Below are positions 7,992 to 16,545 of a stretch of DNA of 64,000 nt, one piece after another. The position numbers and the translations under genes are program-made. Origin of the DNA: Acidimicrobiia bacterium (lineage in GTDB: Bacteria; Actinomycetota; Acidimicrobiia; Spongiisociales; ZC4RG35); contig JBBDML010000015.1 of the NCBI GenBank assembly GCA_040878345.1, positions 20,882 through 84,881 of the forward strand. Direction: 5' to 3'. How positions within the stretch are numbered: the stretch's first letter is position 1; every line of letters begins with the position of its first letter. Below the pieces are notes generated by a model, which made no database searches, was not told the origin of the DNA, and worked only from the letters and a program-made list of their open reading frames with translations.

Positions 7992-8954
7992 TTACCCAAC
8001 GTGTCGAGGCGGGAGGCCCATTCGTTCGCTGAGGGCCTCCTGGCGATGGCGGACGATGCGGTCGGCGATGCTCTCGGCCGCGTGTTTGAGCCACATGGCG
8101 GTGTGCGACCCGTCCGAGTAGTCCGCTTCTCCAAATGCATCGACCCGGCTTTGCTCCAAGAGCCGGTTGGCCTGCTCGAACTCTCGCTCCGAACCGGGGC
8201 GATACACCGCATAGGTGCGCCCGCCGTTCTCATCGACGATCGAGAACACCGGGACATCAGAGGGGCCGTCGGCGATATAGATCATGTTCTGGAACGGGAT
8301 CCTCCGGTCCTCCCGGGCGATCTTGGCGTTGACGTCGATGGTGGGGTTCTTGTTGGTCCCCTTGTTGATCTCGAAGAGGGCCCGGGTCTTCGAGGTGTTG
8401 TCGATGGTGTAGATCAGCTGCTGGATCTCGCCTTCGGGCGAGAAGAGGCGGTCCTGTCGGTCGGCGTAGCCGGGTGGGGCCACCAACTCGGTGAACTCAC
8501 AGGCCCAGACATCCTCGATCTGGGGAGCGATGGCCGACCCCAGGATCATCTGGCGGAGCCCGGTGGACACCACATAGTGCTCGACCCGGATCTGGTGCTC
8601 GGCGAAACGGGGCACCGCCTCGACCGACTTCCTCACCAACTCCAAGAAGTCGGGCATCCCGGTGTAGAACTCGATCTCGGCGCCCAACTGACGGAGCAGG
8701 GCATTGCCCAGCCCTGGCATCCGACCCGCCTTCACATAGGTGAGGATGTGGTTGAGATACAGGTGATCGCGCTGGATGAGAGACGAGCCGTGACTGCGGT
8801 AGAAGCCTTGAAGCCCTTCGACCTCGGCCCAGAACCCGGCCTCGTCGATGTCATAGTGGCGGAACAGGGGCGCCTGCATGTTCCCCGGGATCAGGGTCTT
8901 GTCGAAGTCCCAGATCATGGCGATCACGTTTTGGGGGAAAAGCTGGCGGGCCAT
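7992..8954 (-). CDS. HAD-superfamily hydrolase/phosphatase
   Basis: DFDKTL (HAD motif I) near the N-terminus and YIADGPSDVP (motif IV). Only the C-terminal 321 codons of the 632-aa ORF look like protein; the rest is antisense to the next gene. Confidence 0.55.
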   Translation of the reverse strand: MARQLFPQNVIAMIWDFDKTLIPGNMQAPLFRHYDIDEAGFWAEVEGLQGFYRSHGSSLIQRDHLYLNHILTYVKAGRMPGLGNALLRQLGAEIEFYTGMPDFLELVRKSVEAVPRFAEHQIRVEHYVVSTGLRQMILGSAIAPQIEDVWACEFTELVAPPGYADRQDRLFSPEGEIQQLIYTIDNTSKTRALFEINKGTNKNPTIDVNAKIAREDRRIPFQNMIYIADGPSDVPVFSIVDENGGRTYAVYRPGSEREFEQANRLLEQSRVDAFGEADYSDGSHTAMWLKHAAESIADRIVRHRQEALSERMGLPPRHVG

Positions 8955-8993
8955 GTTCGATCTGAGGCTATCCGCCAATCCCGTGACGACAAC

Positions 8994-9863
8994 ATGCGTT
9001 GGTACGGTTCGACGATGTTCGATCCCTATCTGGGCTGCCGGGTGGTCAACTGCGGGGAGTGCAATGTGACTGTGACCGATCATGGGACCACCGAAGGGTT
9101 TCCCGTGCTCCTGGTGCATGGTTTTCCCGACTCGGCCCGGCTCTGGCGTCATCAGATCCCGGTCCTGGCAGATGCCGGGTATCGGGTGATCGCCCCCGAT
9201 CTCAGGGGTTATGGCCGCTCGGACAAGCCCCAGGGCGTCGAGGCCTACCAGATGTCGAAACTCGCCTCCGACCTGGTAGCCGTGCTCGACGAGGCCGGTG
9301 TCGAACGGGCCCATCTGGTGGGCCACGACTGGGGCGCCGCCCTCGGCTGGTACTTCGCCGCCACTCATCCAGACCGTCTCAAGACCCTCACTGCCTTGTC
9401 CGCGGGGCACGCAGGTGGCTTCGCCGCAGCCGGCGTGGCACAACGGGAGAAGAGCTGGTACATGCTGTACTTCCTGATCGAGGGTCTCGCCGAATCGAGA
9501 CTCCCCGCCGACGATTGGTATTGGTTCCGCTCCTGGATCGGGCGTCATCCCGAGGTCGAGACCTGGATTGCAGACCTGAGCAGGCCCGGGGCCCTCACCG
9601 CAGCCCTGAATGTCTACCGGGCCAACATCAACCCCGAGACCTGGATCACACCACCCCGGGCTCTCCCCAAGGTCGAGGTTCCCACCATGGGAGTCTGGTC
9701 GGCCCGCGACCTTGCCCTGACCGAGACCCAGATGACCGCTTCCGGGGAGTTCGTGTCGGGGGAGTGGAGATACGAGAGGATCGAGGGGGCTTCCCACTGG
9801 ATCCCGCTCGACACTCCCAATGAGCTCAACCGGCTCCTCCTCGATTGGTTGGGGACGCACTGA
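8994..9863 (+). CDS. Alpha/beta-fold hydrolase (epoxide hydrolase/haloalkane dehalogenase-like)
   Basis: VLLVHGFPDSARLWRHQIPVLADAGYRVIAPDLRGYGRSD and nucleophile elbow HLVGHDWGAA. The start is ATG 8994 or 9015; the ORF upstream of that is antisense noise. Confidence 0.7.
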   Translation: MRWYGSTMFDPYLGCRVVNCGECNVTVTDHGTTEGFPVLLVHGFPDSARLWRHQIPVLADAGYRVIAPDLRGYGRSDKPQGVEAYQMSKLASDLVAVLDEAGVERAHLVGHDWGAALGWYFAATHPDRLKTLTALSAGHAGGFAAAGVAQREKSWYMLYFLIEGLAESRLPADDWYWFRSWIGRHPEVETWIADLSRPGALTAALNVYRANINPETWITPPRALPKVEVPTMGVWSARDLALTETQMTASGEFVSGEWRYERIEGASHWIPLDTPNELNRLLLDWLGTH

Positions 9864-9867
9864 TCCG

Positions 9868-11673
9868 GTGAGCGGCATCCGCTTCGGCATCTCCGACCTG
9901 CCGCCCGAAGGGTCAGACCCGGCGCTGTTCCTCGACGGGTTGGTGGAACAGGGTCATCGCGCCCTGGAACTGCCCTTCACCAAGGACTTCCCCTGGAAGG
10001 AGAAGCAATGCCAGGCGTTCGGGGTACTGGCCGCGGAGAGGGACATACGTCTCTCGGTGCATGCCCCCTACTTCGCCGGGCTGACCCTTCCCGAAGAGGA
10101 TCGGGGCAAGCAGTCCCTGGCCGCAATCGAGCACACCATGAAGCTGGGAAGGTGGCTGGGAGCACCGGTGATCGTTGCCCACTTCGGCTCCAATTACGAC
10201 GAGGACCCCGAGGTCCTGATGGATCGGATCAGGAAACGTCTCGACGCGGTGGCACCCAAGGTGGAGACGATCGGGGTGGGGTTGGGGCTGGAGACCGCCG
10301 GGAACCGAAGCTCCTTCGGGAGCCTGGGTGACATCGCCCAGCTCGTCTCGGAGTACAGCTTCGTCCGGCCGGTTGTCGACTGGGCTCACATCCACGCCAT
10401 GACCGGAGGCGGGCTCACCTCCAAGGCGGCCTTCCTCTCGGTCCTGGCCTTCATCAGAGACAGCTTCCCGGGGTGGATGATCTCGCCCCTCCAGGTGCAG
10501 TTCTCCGACAATCAGTTCGGCAGTGCTGGGGAGATTCGCCACGTGGCCTATGGGGAGGGGACTCTCAGGGTGGGGCCACTGGTCGATGCGGTCCTCGAGT
10601 CGGGGATGTCGATGGTCCTGATCTCCGAGGCACGCGACGCAGCTAGCCATGAGCTGATCTGGGAGGAGGCGAGAGCCCATCTCGAGGATCGGAGGGAGGG
10701 CGAGGGCCGGCTGGTCGCCCGGGCCCAGATCGACTTCCCAACGCCGGTGAGGGTGCGCAAGGATGGTGACAGGTTCGTCCCCGCCGACGTCGACAGGCCG
10801 ATCACCTTCACCAACATCGACAAGGTGTTCTTCCCCGAGGAGGGCTACACCAAGGGTGACCTGATCCAGTATTACGGCTCGGTGGCGCCGGCCCTGCTGC
10901 CCCATATCACCGATCGGCCCCTCTCGATGTCCCGCTATCCCGACGGGATCACCGGGCCATCGTTCTACGAGAAGAGGGCGCCGGGTCATCAGCCCGACTG
11001 GATGCGGACCACCCCGGTCCCATCCGACAGCCAAGGCGGGGAGCTCGACTTCCTCCTCGCCGACTCGAAGGAGGCTGTGATGTGGTTTGCCAACATGGGC
11101 TGCATCGAGTTTCACCCTTTCCACTCGAAGGCCGCCGCACTCGACAACCCGACCTACGCGATCTTCGATTTCGACCCTTCGGAGGGCTCGACCTGGGATC
11201 AGGTGGTTGCCGGCTCCAAGCTGCTCCGGGTGGCCCTTGGCCAGCTGGGGCTCAGCGGGTATCCCAAGTTGAGCGGTTCGCGGGGGCTCCACGTCTACGT
11301 GCCCCTGGAGCCGGTGCACGACTTCGGCCGGGTCCGCCGCTTCGTCGGGGAGGTCGGCGAGTACATGGCGGCGGCCAACCCCGAGGACATCACCATGGAG
11401 TGGGACAAGCCGAAGCGGAAGGGCAAGGTGTTCATCGATCACAACCGGAACGCATTCGGGCAAACCGTTGCCTCCGCCTACTCGGTGCGTCCCCGTCCCG
11501 GGGCGCCGGTGTCGGCCCCCCTCTCCTGGGACGAGGTCGACACGGTGGTCAACGGTGACCTCACCATCGTCACCATCTGGGAGCGATTGGTCAGGTACGG
11601 CGATCTGTTCGCCCCGGTGCTCGCCGGCGGTCAGACCTTGGACGCCGCCGAGTCGGCCTTGGGGATCGCCTGA
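9868..11673 (+). CDS. Fusion protein: endonuclease-IV-like (AP endonuclease family 2, xylose-isomerase-like TIM barrel) N-domain + LigD-type NHEJ polymerase (PolDom/PrimPol) C-domain
   Basis: The N-terminal half resembles Nfo-family metal-site segments: IRFGIS..., HAPYFAGL, LETAGNRSSFGSLGDIAQLV, VDWAHIHAMTGG, HVAYGEGTLRVGPLVDAVLESGMSMVLISEA. The C-terminal half matches mycobacterial LigD PolDom blocks: ITFTNIDKVFFPEEGYTKGDLIQYY, SRYPDGITGPSFYEKRAPGHQPDW, YAIFDFDPSEG, YPKLSGSRGLHVYVPLEP, KRKGKVFIDHNRNAFGQTVASAYSVRPRPGAPVSAPLSWDEV. The start was chosen at the in-frame GTG 9868, just after the upstream stop. The ORF track starts at ATG 9820, which overlaps the hydrolase. Confidence 0.6.
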   Translation: MSGIRFGISDLPPEGSDPALFLDGLVEQGHRALELPFTKDFPWKEKQCQAFGVLAAERDIRLSVHAPYFAGLTLPEEDRGKQSLAAIEHTMKLGRWLGAPVIVAHFGSNYDEDPEVLMDRIRKRLDAVAPKVETIGVGLGLETAGNRSSFGSLGDIAQLVSEYSFVRPVVDWAHIHAMTGGGLTSKAAFLSVLAFIRDSFPGWMISPLQVQFSDNQFGSAGEIRHVAYGEGTLRVGPLVDAVLESGMSMVLISEARDAASHELIWEEARAHLEDRREGEGRLVARAQIDFPTPVRVRKDGDRFVPADVDRPITFTNIDKVFFPEEGYTKGDLIQYYGSVAPALLPHITDRPLSMSRYPDGITGPSFYEKRAPGHQPDWMRTTPVPSDSQGGELDFLLADSKEAVMWFANMGCIEFHPFHSKAAALDNPTYAIFDFDPSEGSTWDQVVAGSKLLRVALGQLGLSGYPKLSGSRGLHVYVPLEPVHDFGRVRRFVGEVGEYMAAANPEDITMEWDKPKRKGKVFIDHNRNAFGQTVASAYSVRPRPGAPVSAPLSWDEVDTVVNGDLTIVTIWERLVRYGDLFAPVLAGGQTLDAAESALGIA

Positions 11674-11691
11674 AGGCGTCTCCCCGGATCG

Positions 11692-11800
11692 TTCTGTGCG
11701 GATCTGTGACGGAGGGGTTCGCGCGAATCCGCACAGAACGGTCCCGCGATTCATTCTGTGCGGATCTGTGACGGAGGGGTTCGCGCGAATCCGCACAGAA
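11692..11800. repeat. Two tandem copies (period 62 bp) of a 47-nt perfect hairpin: TTCTGTGCGGAT-N23-ATCCGCACAGAA
   Basis: Units at 11692..11738 and 11754..11800 are identical over 50 nt, including the 23-nt loop CTGTGACGGAGGGGTTCGCGCGA. They lie between the Nfo-PolDom gene stop and the HisA-like gene start. Confidence 0.8.
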
Positions 11801-11859
11801 CGGGTCTGGGAGGGCCTTCTCCGGGATCGGGCGCTCGGCGTGTTCATTAGTGTTCCGGG

Positions 11860-12936
11860 ATGGACCTCTATGCCCGTGTCAACATCCTGGGAGGGCTCTC
11901 GGTCCGCCTGCCCCACGGCCAGCTCGATGAGGCCATCGCCCTGGACAACGATCCTGTGGGCCGAGCCCACAACTGGGCCCAACAGGGTGTCGACTACCTC
12001 CACGTCGTCGACCTCGACGCCGCCGCCTACGGCGATTACCGGAATCGTGACCTCATCGGCCGTCTCATCGAGGTGGCCGGGGTCCCGGTCCAGGTGGCTG
12101 GTGGGGTCCGCTCCGAGGCCGAGGCGGAACGACTGGTGGGCTTGGGGGCCTGGCGGATCGTGATGGGCACTGCCGCCATCGAGAACCAGATCATGGTGTG
12201 GGAGACGTGCCGTGACTACCCGGACAAGATCGTGGTGTCCCTCGACGTGAGAAAGAACGAGGAGGTGGCCACTCGGGGCTGGACCCAGAACAGCGGGAGG
12301 TTCCTCGAGGAGGTCCTCATCGAGATGTCGTCGGCGGGCGCGGTCGCCTTCCTCGTCTCCGAAGCGGGGAGGGACGCCCTCAACGAGGCGCCGAACTACG
12401 CGATCCTCGCCGAGGCCCTGGCCACGGTGGAGGAGCCGGTGATCGCAGCCGGAGGAGTCAGGGATGTCGAAGACCTGCGTCAACTGATCCAGCTCGAGGC
12501 CTCAGGTCGCCGGCTGGATGGGGTGATCGTCGGCAGGGAGGTGACTGCCGGCCGCTTCACCATCGCCGAGGCCAAGGAGATCCTGGCGGGTCGGGGCCCG
12601 ATGCGAGCCCCGGGCGGGATCAGCTCCACCAGGACTTCGGTGGGTGTCAGCTCCCTGGCCGCATCGGTCGACTTCTATGGAGACACTCTTGGCTTTCAGC
12701 GGGTCCGCACCCCATCTCAAGGGGTTGTGGCGGCCGTGGTCCAGGCCGCGCCCGGGCAGGAGATCGAACTGGTGGAAGGTGGCAGCGGCCGCCCCGAGAC
12801 CCTGGTGTTCCATGTCGACGATCTCCAACGATGGAAAGACCACTTGGCCAAGATGGGGGTTGCAGCCACCGCCACCGCCGGTGGGCTGGAGATCGTCGAC
12901 CCCGATGGGCTCCGAATCAGGCTCGAGCCGAGCTGA
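11860..12936 (+). CDS. HisA/PriA-like (beta/alpha)8 isomerase domain fused to C-terminal VOC (glyoxalase/bleomycin-resistance) domain
   Basis: The N-terminus MDLYARVNILGGLSVRLPHGQLDEAIALDNDPVGRAHNWAQQGVDYLHVVDLDAA resembles the HisA start (ILPAIDL..G..VRL). A second phosphate-binding half (VIAAGGVRDVEDLRQL) follows. The C-terminal 100 aa (VDFYGDTLGFQRV...LVFHVDDL) is VOC-like. Confidence 0.5.
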   Translation: MDLYARVNILGGLSVRLPHGQLDEAIALDNDPVGRAHNWAQQGVDYLHVVDLDAAAYGDYRNRDLIGRLIEVAGVPVQVAGGVRSEAEAERLVGLGAWRIVMGTAAIENQIMVWETCRDYPDKIVVSLDVRKNEEVATRGWTQNSGRFLEEVLIEMSSAGAVAFLVSEAGRDALNEAPNYAILAEALATVEEPVIAAGGVRDVEDLRQLIQLEASGRRLDGVIVGREVTAGRFTIAEAKEILAGRGPMRAPGGISSTRTSVGVSSLAASVDFYGDTLGFQRVRTPSQGVVAAVVQAAPGQEIELVEGGSGRPETLVFHVDDLQRWKDHLAKMGVAATATAGGLEIVDPDGLRIRLEPS

Positions 12937-13116
12937 GCCGGCCTAGTGACCACTAGTGGCCCGTCGCCCAAATAGCTACGCGGTCTCGCCGGCCCTCGAC
13001 GCCACTGGACTGCGTCCTCGTCCTCAACGCACCCACAGGTGCGCCTTCGTCCTGCGTCCTTGCCAGCGACCCCGAATGGCTCGGCGACACCGCGGCATCA
13101 ATTGAGCGACAGACCA

Positions 13117-14673
13117 CTAGCGGACCAAGGTCCGCGACTGTTCCCTGAGGTACTGGCGGAGATACCAGGGCCCACCGCCACCGGTGCCCGACGTGCCCGA
13201 CGACTTCCACCCCCCGAAGGCCTGTATGTCGGGCCAGGCTCCGGTGGTGGCGCCGGCGGCCCGGTTGACGTAGGTGACACCCGCTTCGATCCCCTGGAAC
13301 CACCGATCGATCTCGTCATGGTCGCCGGAGAACAGCCCGGCGGTCAACCCGTAGACGGTGTCGTTGGAGCGTCTAAGACCCTCCTCGAGATCTGAGACCT
13401 GACCTACGGCCACCACCGGGAGGAACAGCTCCTCGGTCCAGACCCAGGAGTCATACGGTGCGGTGATCACGGTGGGCTCGACGTAGTTGCCCCGGGCCAT
13501 GTCCCCCTCCTCGATCACGTCACCCCCGGCGAGGACCTGTCCGCCACTGTCGATGGTCTCACTGATCGCCTTCTTGAACCGGGCCACCGCCCCACGGTCG
13601 ATCACCGGCCCCATGAACACCCCAGGCCGGGTGGGATCGCCGACTTTCAGAGCCTCGGCCTTCTCCACCAGCCTGGCGACGAACTCGTCGTAGACCGGGG
13701 TCTCGACGAAGACCCGGGCCGTGGCTGAGCACTTCTGGCCGCTGAGGCCGAATGCTCCCCTCATCACCCCTTCTGCTGCGATGTCGAGATCGGCGCTCCT
13801 GGTGATCATCACCGGGTTCTTGCCCCCCATCTCGGCCACCACCGGCTTGGGGCGCTTCTCGTTGGCGGTGCGATAGAGCTGCATGCCAACCTCGTAGGAC
13901 CCGGTGAAGGTGATCCCGTCGACGCCCTCATGGTGGGTCAGATGATCCCCGACCTCGCTTCCCCGTCCCGTGATCACGTGGAGTGCGCCTTTGGGGATGC
14001 CTGCCTCGGCCATCACCCGATAGAACTCGAGGGCCATGAGGGCGCCGGTATTGGATGGCTTGATCACCACGGTGTTGCCGGTGAGCAGTGCCCCGATCGA
14101 GGGCCCGGCGGCCAGGGCCATCGGGAAGTTGAAGGGCGAGACCACCACCCACACCCCCCACGGGCGGAGGACCGAGACATTGTGCTCCCTGCCCTGGGGC
14201 TTAAGTGGGGTGACGAACCCGTCATGCTCGGTCATCTGGCGGGAGTAGTACCGGAAGAACTCCACCGTCTCGGCGATGTCGCCCAGTGCCTCCAACCGGT
14301 TCTTGCCCACCTCGAAGGACAGCACGGCGGCGATGTCATAGATCTGGTCGTCCATGATGTCGGCGGCCTCGAGCATCAGGTCCCGGCGGCGCTCCCACCC
14401 CCATGCCTCCCACTCCGGGAAGAAGGCCCTGGCGGCCGCGATGGCATCGTCCACGTCCTGGTTGGTGGCCTGGCTGTATCGAGCGACGACGATCTCGGAG
14501 TCGATCGGGGACCGCTCCTCGTAGATCGGCCGGTCGGTCCGATGCTCACCATCGACGATCACGCCGTGGGTCTGGCCAAGTCGCGACCCTGCCTTCACCA
14601 CCGCCGTCTCGTAGGCGGCGTTCAACTCGTCGTTGTCGGCTGACATCGTGGCGTAGGTGATCTGAAGCGGCAT
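13117..14673 (-). CDS. pruA: Aldehyde dehydrogenase, likely L-glutamate gamma-semialdehyde (1-pyrroline-5-carboxylate) dehydrogenase
   Basis: ALDH motifs VAEMGGKNP and catalytic GQKCSA. Length about 518 aa, typical of actinobacterial P5CDH. Confidence 0.65.
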   Translation of the reverse strand: MPLQITYATMSADNDELNAAYETAVVKAGSRLGQTHGVIVDGEHRTDRPIYEERSPIDSEIVVARYSQATNQDVDDAIAAARAFFPEWEAWGWERRRDLMLEAADIMDDQIYDIAAVLSFEVGKNRLEALGDIAETVEFFRYYSRQMTEHDGFVTPLKPQGREHNVSVLRPWGVWVVVSPFNFPMALAAGPSIGALLTGNTVVIKPSNTGALMALEFYRVMAEAGIPKGALHVITGRGSEVGDHLTHHEGVDGITFTGSYEVGMQLYRTANEKRPKPVVAEMGGKNPVMITRSADLDIAAEGVMRGAFGLSGQKCSATARVFVETPVYDEFVARLVEKAEALKVGDPTRPGVFMGPVIDRGAVARFKKAISETIDSGGQVLAGGDVIEEGDMARGNYVEPTVITAPYDSWVWTEELFLPVVAVGQVSDLEEGLRRSNDTVYGLTAGLFSGDHDEIDRWFQGIEAGVTYVNRAAGATTGAWPDIQAFGGWKSSGTSGTGGGGPWYLRQYLREQSRTLVR

Positions 14674-14811
14674 TGGCGGCGTCCTCTCGATGATGTCCTT
14701 AGGCCGTGACGATACCCGGTGGAGCGCAGGGCCCCGATGGCGCCGGCAGACCGCATGCGCCCGATTGGGCCTGGCGGCCTATTGGAGCCAATGGGTCGTT
14801 AGACCGGTGCC

Positions 14812-16533
14812 GTGACCGGCAGTTCCGGCCGATGTAAAGGCGTGGCAACCCGTACTTCCGAGTCGGTCCTCGGTGCCAGCTCCGACCTCTCCCAGCTCCA
14901 TCGTCGGGTGGTGCGGGTCGGGGCGGCTTCTGCGTGGTTCGCCGCATCGCTCCTGTTGGTGGCCGGGGTGCTCAGCGATAATCAAGACCTCTTCGTCGAG
15001 GCGATCGCGCCTGCCCTCGCCGCCGGCCTGATGACCGCCCAGATCGTTCTCAAGACCGAGAGCGGGGGGGTGGCCCTCTTCGGATCGGCCATCGTGGTGA
15101 TGGTGATGCACATCGTCGTCGGCAATCCGAACACACTTCTCCCCGCCGCTCTGGCCCTGGTGGTGATCTGTGCGATAGCCATCCTCCTCATCGATTCGCA
15201 CCATATGCAGACGATCTCGGTGCTGGCGGTGATGCTCGTCCTCGCACCGCAGCTCTGGGAAGTCTCCTTCACGGAAGCCTTGATCCTCGGTGTGGTGATG
15301 AGCCTCTCCTTCGTGATGACCTCGATCATCTTTCTCAGCATCCGCAGCGCCGCCACCACACTCAATGCCCGTTTCCAGACCCTCTTCGAGGACTCGCCCA
15401 CGGCGGTCATGGAGGAGGACTGGTCGGAGGCTCTCGCCTACCTGCGATCCGAGTACACCGGTCGGCCCGATCGGATCCGGCCTTTCCTGATGGCCTACCC
15501 GGCGGTGGTGCGCCGTGCGGTCAATCGGTCCCGGATACTCAGGGTCAACCAGGCGGCGGTCGACCTGCTCGAGGCGGAGAGCGCCACCGACATCCAGGGC
15601 AACCGGGACGGCTCCAAGCTGACCGACGAGAACATCGGGGCTTTCGCCAATGCCCTGGCTGCCCTCTACGAGGGCATGACCACTTTCGAGCAGGACGTCC
15701 CGGTGATGACCCTGAAAGGGCGTAGGATCTGGCTCCAGGCCAGAGGTGTCGACACCTCGACTGGGGACCCGGCGACCACGATCTTGGTCGGCCTGGCCGA
15801 TGTCACCCACATCAAAGCTCGCCAGGAGGCGATGGCTGAGTTGGTGAGGGCCAAGGACGAGTTCATCGCCAAGGTGAGCCACGAGCTGCGGACCCCCCTG
15901 ACCGCCGTCCTGGGGCTCGCCACTGAGATGACCGCCATGGAGCCCATGGGCGACGAAGAGCGCTCCGAGCTGCTTCAGCTGGTGGCGGGCCAGGCTCAGG
16001 AGATGTCGTACATAGTCGAGGACCTGCTGGTGGCCTCGAGGACTGAGATGGGGACGGTTTCGATCGACTCGAGGGTGGTTGACCTCGAGGTCGAGCTGCA
16101 GTCGGTCATCGACGGCCTGGGCCTGGATATCGCCGAGATACCCGAAACCATCCAGGAGGCGATGGCGGACCCTGGGCGGGTTCGTCAGGTTCTGAGGAAT
16201 CTGCTCACCAATGCAACCCGGTACGGGGGGCCGCGCATACGAGTCATGGCCGGAGCCCTGTTCGATGCGGTATGGCTCGAAGTGCGGGACAACGGGGATG
16301 GTGTGCCACGCGAACTGGTCAGCAGGATCTTCGAGCCGTATGGGACCGCCCACACCGGTGTGAACGGCTCGGTGGGCTTAGGGCTTTCGGTTTCACGCCA
16401 GCTAGCCGAGCTGATGAAAGGCTCGCTGACCTACAGGCGAGATGGCACAGAGAGCGTGTTCCGTCTCGAGCTCCCTCTCGTCGTCAAGTCCAGCCAGGCC
16501 CTCCCGCTTCACAGATCGCAGCCGGTTAGCTAG
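14812..16533 (+). CDS. Sensor histidine kinase (multi-TM sensor, PAS-like, HisKA, HATPase_c)
   Basis: H-box FIAKVSHELRTPLTAVLG. N and G boxes (RNLLTNATRYG, DNGDGVP..., GLGLSVSRQLAE). About 6 N-terminal TM helices. No response regulator is adjacent. Confidence 0.7.
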   Translation: MTGSSGRCKGVATRTSESVLGASSDLSQLHRRVVRVGAASAWFAASLLLVAGVLSDNQDLFVEAIAPALAAGLMTAQIVLKTESGGVALFGSAIVVMVMHIVVGNPNTLLPAALALVVICAIAILLIDSHHMQTISVLAVMLVLAPQLWEVSFTEALILGVVMSLSFVMTSIIFLSIRSAATTLNARFQTLFEDSPTAVMEEDWSEALAYLRSEYTGRPDRIRPFLMAYPAVVRRAVNRSRILRVNQAAVDLLEAESATDIQGNRDGSKLTDENIGAFANALAALYEGMTTFEQDVPVMTLKGRRIWLQARGVDTSTGDPATTILVGLADVTHIKARQEAMAELVRAKDEFIAKVSHELRTPLTAVLGLATEMTAMEPMGDEERSELLQLVAGQAQEMSYIVEDLLVASRTEMGTVSIDSRVVDLEVELQSVIDGLGLDIAEIPETIQEAMADPGRVRQVLRNLLTNATRYGGPRIRVMAGALFDAVWLEVRDNGDGVPRELVSRIFEPYGTAHTGVNGSVGLGLSVSRQLAELMKGSLTYRRDGTESVFRLELPLVVKSSQALPLHRSQPVS

Positions 16534-16545
16534 CTTCAGGGGCGC

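Noticed and set aside
7992-9890. Two mutually overlapping >600-aa ORFs on opposite strands (7992..9890 minus, 8001..9863 plus)
   Set aside because: Each contains one real domain and an antisense extension. They resolve into a HAD hydrolase (7992..8954, minus) and an alpha/beta hydrolase (8994..9863, plus), divergent from a ~40-bp shared promoter region.
11692-11800. Mini CRISPR array
   Set aside because: There are only two repeat units, the inter-unit gap is about 12-15 bp, and no cas genes are nearby. Each unit is itself a long palindrome with a 23-nt loop, unlike CRISPR repeats.
9913-12483. 856-aa ORF on the minus strand spanning the NHEJ-fusion and HisA-like genes
   Set aside because: The translation is low-complexity G/R/P/D/H-rich with no motifs. 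It is antisense to two well-supported plus-strand genes and is a typical high-GC shadow ORF.
12940-12962. CACTAGTG-containing palindrome (CTAGTGACCACTAGTGG) after the HisA-like gene
   Set aside because: Short and imperfect. It is plausible as a weak terminator stem but not distinctive.
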